Part shown: in pieces, positions 59,553-64,000 of the stretch
How positions within the stretch are numbered: the first letter of the stretch is position 1
How the letters are laid out: each line of letters opens with the position of its first letter
Assembly: GCA_965208835.1 (NCBI GenBank)
Contig: OZ242358.1
Coordinates: 3,584,001 to 3,648,000 of the forward strand
Length of the DNA: 64,000 bases
DNA from: Candidatus Latescibacterota bacterium
Lineage (GTDB): Bacteria > Latescibacterota > UBA2968 > GCA-2709665
Direction of reading: 5' to 3'
The notes under the pieces: generated by a model
Database searches by the model: none
The model's input: the letters and a program-made list of their open reading frames with translations, nothing else
What the model was told of the DNA's origin: nothing
Translations under genes and position numbers: made by a program

Positions 59553-60176
59553 TCATTCCTTCCCTTTCCCGTCTGCCTCGTCCTCGTTCAGCTTGTCTCT
59601 GAGTTTCTTTACAAGACCCTCGTACGACGACTTTCGAATTTCCTTGTAGAACTGAGATCGATTGTTTCTGGCTACGCTCAGGTCGTCGATCACCATATCG
59701 TAAACCAGCCATTTTTCGTTGACGGGGTGGAGCTTGTAGTCGATGTGGCTCTGTTCATCCCTGTAATGAACGATTGTCCGTACAACACCCTCCGTACTGT
59801 CGACCTCCGAACCCAAATACTCGATTTTCTCGGATTTGGTATACAGCTTCGGATCCGCGTAGTTCTTGACGATCAGCCGCCTGCACAGGTCCGCAAATTC
59901 AGCCTGCTCGGCCTCTGTGCGACGCTGCCAGTGGCGGCCCAACGCGACCATGCCGAACCGGCGGAAATCGAACATGCCTTCGACGATTGCCCTCAACTGC
60001 TCCCGCTCTTCGGCCGTTTCTCCCGCGGTTTCCGAATTCACAATTGCCTTGATCGACCTGTCCCGTTTTATCATCGACTGGAGCAGTAGTTCAGCCTGGC
60101 CCGCACCCAGGGCGAGGCCAGGACTCAAATATCCGACAAAAGCATAAAACACAATAATATACGACAAGATTCTCAT
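59553..60176 (-). CDS. MlaC/Ttg2D/HpnM-like periplasmic lipid-binding protein
   Basis: Signal peptide; FDF......ALGRHW, IDYKL....W.VYD.VID..S...N.RSQF. Confidence 0.9.
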   Translation of the reverse strand: MRILSYIIVFYAFVGYLSPGLALGAGQAELLLQSMIKRDRSIKAIVNSETAGETAEEREQLRAIVEGMFDFRRFGMVALGRHWQRRTEAEQAEFADLCRRLIVKNYADPKLYTKSEKIEYLGSEVDSTEGVVRTIVHYRDEQSHIDYKLHPVNEKWLVYDMVIDDLSVARNNRSQFYKEIRKSSYEGLVKKLRDKLNEDEADGKGKE

Positions 60177-60290
60177 TTTATCCAGTCCCTTTTTCAGGTA
60201 GAAACAAAACGACCCGGCAAAGGAACACCTTTCCGGCCGGCTCGAAACCCGTTCAATGCTTAAAAAAACTTCCCGCGGCCATCTTTCGCT

Positions 60291-61730
60291 TCAATCCGCC
60301 TTTCCCGAAACCAGCTTCTCCGCTTCCGTGGACCGGGTTCGCATGATGTGTCCGATAAATCCGAAGACGGCGCTTACGACCAGTCCGGACCCGAGCACAA
60401 AAATCCAGTATATCGCTTCGAGCCAGTTCAGAACTGCCAGGACACAGAACAATGCGGCGAAAAAGTCCCGGCGACACGCGAACTTCAAGCCGCAATATAT
60501 ACGGTGCAGCAATCCGCGGCGCTCTTCCGGTACCTCGCTCGAAAACCCCATATTGAAGCTGACGATGCTGCCCGATCCGCTATGCTTCAGGTAGACGCAG
60601 ATGAGCAGGACCGCAAGTACATTCAGCGCGAGGGCACTGAAGCCCAGCGCGATGACAACCGGTTCCGCCGTCAAATTGTACATCCCGTAAATGACACCTG
60701 AGAAGAATCCCAGATAGGAGACGTTGTCAGCGACCGTATCCAGCCATTCACCGAAGCGGGACCCCGAAAACTTGAGCGTGGCGATCTCACCGTCGCAGCC
60801 GTCAACAATTGAAGCGAACTGGAAAAGCAGCCCGCCCAGCGCTACGTACAAATGGCTCCCTTCCGCCATCGCCCAGCCGGCCAGAAAGGTCACCATCATT
60901 GCGGCGATTGATACCTGGTTGGGGGTCACCGGCGTCTTCACGAGGAATCTGGAGATCCAAGAAGAGACCTTCCTGTTGAAATGCCGCGACACAATCCCGT
61001 CAGTCGGCTTGCCCAACCGGGCAAACAACGCCGTTTCTCCCTGGCGCAGTGCTTCCGGTGTATCCACGTCCTGCCAGAACAGACCATCAATGTCTACCGC
61101 CCGCATGTTTCCTCGCGACGCGATGATTCCTACGCCACCTGAAAGCGTCTCGTCGCCGCCGGCAATGGCAAGCTCAAGACCGTCGAACAGAGCCGGACAG
61201 CAGAGAAAAACGCCCGTATCCACCGCGTCGTATTTGTTCAACGCCTTGCCGATCTTCCGGATCCGGTCGCCTTCGAGGACGACTTTGGTTGCGTCATCCA
61301 GGTCCTCAATCCGTTCCAGCCGGGTGTCTACGCACAACGCCGATTCGCCGGCCCCCAGCAACAGACGGCGCATACGGGTGATCACCTTCGGTTCGAACAG
61401 ATGGTCCGCCATCAACAGAAGAAACGTACCCTCCACAAATTCACGCGCTTTAAGTACCGATAGCCCATTGCCACGCTTCCACTCCGGGTTTTCAACCCAC
61501 TCCATATGCACGTCGATCTGCGGGTCGTTTGCGATGGCTTCGCGTATTTCATCGCCCCGATGACCGATGACAATGACAAACTCCGAGATCCCCGCCCTTC
61601 CTGCGGTCAGTATGGCCCTCTTCAGCAACCCCACACCGGCCACTTTAACCAGCGGCTTCGGCCTGCCGCATCCGTGTCCGTTAAGGCGGCTGCCCATACC
61701 GGCAGCAATAATCACCGCCTTTTTTACCAT
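60291..61730 (-). CDS. Bifunctional NTP-transferase / CDP-alcohol phosphotransferase (IPCT/DIPPS-like)
   Basis: ATG at 61730 with GGAGG; IIAAGMGSRL..PKPL, GNGLS, LMADH, VDTG, WQDVDTP; then DG.VSR.FNR, TPNQVS, DGCDGEIA...G.WLD...D. Confidence 0.92.
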   Translation of the reverse strand: MVKKAVIIAAGMGSRLNGHGCGRPKPLVKVAGVGLLKRAILTAGRAGISEFVIVIGHRGDEIREAIANDPQIDVHMEWVENPEWKRGNGLSVLKAREFVEGTFLLLMADHLFEPKVITRMRRLLLGAGESALCVDTRLERIEDLDDATKVVLEGDRIRKIGKALNKYDAVDTGVFLCCPALFDGLELAIAGGDETLSGGVGIIASRGNMRAVDIDGLFWQDVDTPEALRQGETALFARLGKPTDGIVSRHFNRKVSSWISRFLVKTPVTPNQVSIAAMMVTFLAGWAMAEGSHLYVALGGLLFQFASIVDGCDGEIATLKFSGSRFGEWLDTVADNVSYLGFFSGVIYGMYNLTAEPVVIALGFSALALNVLAVLLICVYLKHSGSGSIVSFNMGFSSEVPEERRGLLHRIYCGLKFACRRDFFAALFCVLAVLNWLEAIYWIFVLGSGLVVSAVFGFIGHIMRTRSTEAEKLVSGKAD

Positions 61731-61744
61731 GTCATCCTCCCGAT

Positions 61745-63148
61745 TTACTCCAGAATCGAATTTCCCGTCGCACGCATCAATGTCACCCAGGCGAGATTGA
61801 ACTCCAATACAGCCTGATAGTACTTGGCGCGGATAATGCCGTACTCCTTGACCGCATCGACCATCTCTCCCGCCTCCTCCAGACCCGCATTGAATCCGTC
61901 TCTCGCCGAAACAAACCAACGCCTGGTTGCCCGGCGGGCTTTCCGTGCCGACCCGATATTCGCCCGCGCTTCAATGAGCGAAAGGTAGGCGCTTTCGATC
62001 TCCAGGCGGGCGCCATGTGTCGCCAGCCGAGCCTGATAGCTGAGCTTTTCGTAGGCCAGGCGGGCTTCCTTCACCTTCGCTCGCGTACTCGCGAATGACA
62101 ACGACTGCCTGAAGCCAAGCACAGCGCCCAACTCGGTCACATTGAACTCATCCTTCAAAAACGGGTTCCGCTGGCGGTCTCTGTTCGGCGCAAAGCCGTA
62201 CTTGAACCGGCCGGCGAGAAAAACCTGCGGAAACAGGTCGGTTCGGACAGCGCGCACCTGTGCTGACCGCACCCGGAGCCCTTCCCGAATCTGACCCAGA
62301 TCCGGTCGCCCCTCGGCAAGTGACAGATAATGTTCCAGTGGGCGGATCTGTACGTCAACCGGTTTCAGACTTCCGTCGGCGAGAACAAGAGAATCTGACC
62401 TTGAAAGCCCCATGAGAATTCGTAGCGCCGAGCTTGCGAGCCCCTGACTCTTGACAACCTTGTTCGCGTTTTCCTCCACGTCGTACACGAACCTGTCAAT
62501 ACGGTGCAAATCCGTATACGTGAAATCCCCCGTATCGGCTTCCAGCTTTTGAACGATCGTTCGCCGCGCCGTTTCAATCTCCGCCCGTGACTCATTCGCA
62601 AGGGACCGAAGCCGATTTGCCAACAACAGCAGATAGTAAGCCTTGGCGACCTGCTGTTCCAGGTCAAAGCGGGATCCGTCCAGTCCGGCGCGTTGCGCGC
62701 CGATCCCGCCGGATGCCGCTTCCACCGCTGCAGCGAGTTTTCCGAAGGTGAAGAGTGGCTGAACCAGCGACAGTTCGGTTCTCGAAAACACACTCATCCG
62801 CCGCCAGTTGCTCACCCCCGTAAGCGCGTCGCCGCGAGCCTCAGGCGAAGGCCCGAATATCCATGTGAAATCCATACTGGGAAATCGCGCGGCATGCACC
62901 TGCATGAGCCTGTTCTCAGCGATCTGCAGATCCGCCTCCGCGGCCTGAATGGATGGACTCGACGCGAATGCCATCCGCACGCACACGGCAAGATCGTATG
63001 GTTGTTGTCCGGATGCAGAATAGCAGGGACGGATACCGATCCCGAAAACGCAGACCAGAGCAACTGATACAGGAATCCTTGCCAGGTGTGAAATTTTACG
63101 ACACGTGTGGGAAAATTGCAACGCCTCCCCCGTTATCCACCTGGACAT
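61745..63148 (-). CDS. TolC-family outer-membrane efflux protein
   Basis: QPLFTFGK, V.KAYY, RPDL, .FPQ.. and C-terminal L.RATG patterns; start uncertain (63148 or 63211; the ORF-track start 63310 lies upstream of the promoter). Confidence 0.88.
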   Translation of the reverse strand: MSRWITGEALQFSHTCRKISHLARIPVSVALVCVFGIGIRPCYSASGQQPYDLAVCVRMAFASSPSIQAAEADLQIAENRLMQVHAARFPSMDFTWIFGPSPEARGDALTGVSNWRRMSVFSRTELSLVQPLFTFGKLAAAVEAASGGIGAQRAGLDGSRFDLEQQVAKAYYLLLLANRLRSLANESRAEIETARRTIVQKLEADTGDFTYTDLHRIDRFVYDVEENANKVVKSQGLASSALRILMGLSRSDSLVLADGSLKPVDVQIRPLEHYLSLAEGRPDLGQIREGLRVRSAQVRAVRTDLFPQVFLAGRFKYGFAPNRDRQRNPFLKDEFNVTELGAVLGFRQSLSFASTRAKVKEARLAYEKLSYQARLATHGARLEIESAYLSLIEARANIGSARKARRATRRWFVSARDGFNAGLEEAGEMVDAVKEYGIIRAKYYQAVLEFNLAWVTLMRATGNSILE

Positions 63149-63247
63149 ATGGCGTGCGGATTCAGGCGGAAAAACCAGAAGAATATTCGGATGTACTAAA
63201 TTCGTCTTCATTCGACTTCGTTTTTTTTGTGGAGTCTTTATAAATAC

Positions 63248-63263
63248 AGCGAAAGTCGTGCCA
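63248..63263 (-). promoter_or_regulatory. Sigma54 (-24/-12) promoter
   Basis: Minus strand TGGCACGACTTTCGCT with GG-N10-GC spacing; one mismatch to TGGCACG-N4-TTGCW; lies in the gap upstream of tolC. Confidence 0.7.
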
Positions 63264-63290
63264 TCAAACCGGTCAACCATCGGCATGTCT

Positions 63291-64000
63291 TCAGGACCGC
63301 AGCGCTTCAAGTATAACGGCCTGCACCCGCCTGGCTACTTCAACGGCGTCGTGCCGTTGAACCGCCGAAACCCGGGCGGCCGAACCCATTCGCCGTCGCA
63401 ATTCGCTGTTCTCGACTACTCTGAGAATGGTCTCCGCGAGACCTGCGACGTCGTTAGGCTTCACCAGCAGTCCGTTATAACCATCCCTGATCAACTCCGG
63501 AACGCCGCCGGTTGCTGAACCAACCACCGGCGTACCAAGTGCCAGAGACTCAATAACGCTTCTGGGACAGGGGTCGGGCGCAACGGAAGGGACAAGTGTG
63601 ACGTCCATATCCTTCAGATACGGTCGGACGTCGGTCCTGAATCCCGTAAACAGCACCCGTCCCGAATACCGCCCGTTGGCCACTTTTCGGCGATAGTGAT
63701 CCAGGAGGTTCAATGAGCGTTTCGGGCTGCCCCCGACAACCACCAGAACCACGTCCTTGCGACGCGCCAGAACACGCTTCATCGCCGACAGCAAGGTGTC
63801 GATACCCTTCCACTCTACGATTCGACCGACGAATCCCAGAACGACTTCGTCAGGTCCAATTCGGTACATCCGGCGCACACACCCCTGAACGACTTCGGGA
63901 TTGAAACTGACCAGGTCCGCGCCGTTGTATACAACGTGGACCTTTTCCTTTACCGATGGGAAATTTCCCGCACACGCCTCGGATACCGCGACGATTCTAA
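63291..64000 (-). CDS. Glycosyltransferase family 4 (5' end outside the window)
   Basis: Frame open to the window edge: IVAVS...VVYNG.D, FVGRI..WKG, DPCPRSVIES...G.PVV....GG..E.I. Confidence 0.9.
   Translation of the reverse strand, partial: RIVAVSEACAGNFPSVKEKVHVVYNGADLVSFNPEVVQGCVRRMYRIGPDEVVLGFVGRIVEWKGIDTLLSAMKRVLARRKDVVLVVVGGSPKRSLNLLDHYRRKVANGRYSGRVLFTGFRTDVRPYLKDMDVTLVPSVAPDPCPRSVIESLALGTPVVGSATGGVPELIRDGYNGLLVKPNDVAGLAETILRVVENSELRRRMGSAARVSAVQRHDAVEVARRVQAVILEALRS

Noticed and set aside
51923-60176. Hopanoid biosynthesis cluster (HpnN/HpnM-like genes plus prenyl synthase)
   Set aside because: No squalene synthase, squalene-hopene cyclase or radical-SAM hpn genes in the window; the transported lipid is unidentified

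Overview
GC-rich bacterial chromosomal segment. The gene content suggests a non-Bacteroidota FCB-group lineage such as Ca. Latescibacterota or relatives; this is inference from the DUF6785 membrane protein, a dockerin-like EF-hand tail, SusD-less TonB-dependent receptors and cytoplasmic heparinase-II/III-like proteins. Layout: (1) 1-18.7 kb, envelope and secreted proteins: an OMP/TBDR/large partner operon, a GWxTD-TPR protein, a DUF3179 lipoprotein, DUF6785, an ASPIC/UnbV protein and a TBDR+DUF4249 pair; (2) 18.9-50.5 kb, a patchwork of catabolic and redox enzymes; (3) tRNA-Thr(CGT), transaldolase and a polyprenyl synthase; (4) 53-64 kb, a candidate lipid-headgroup biosynthesis and export cluster (GT4, TolC, fused NTP-transferase/CDP-alcohol phosphotransferase, MlaC/HpnM-like, MMPL/HpnN-like, an internally duplicated membrane protein, GMC and Gfo/Idh/MocA oxidoreductases) with a sigma54-type promoter. 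The intergenic DNA holds 12 copies of three ~160-bp MITE families. They have unrelated termini and target duplications but share a GCGTTG...CGCCTTG core. One copy is nested in another and two bracket the tRNA. There is also one REP palindrome, a 7-mer repeat hairpin and an 8-mer tandem array. No CRISPR array, transposase, integrase or rRNA was seen. All family calls come from motif recognition by eye; no searches were run.
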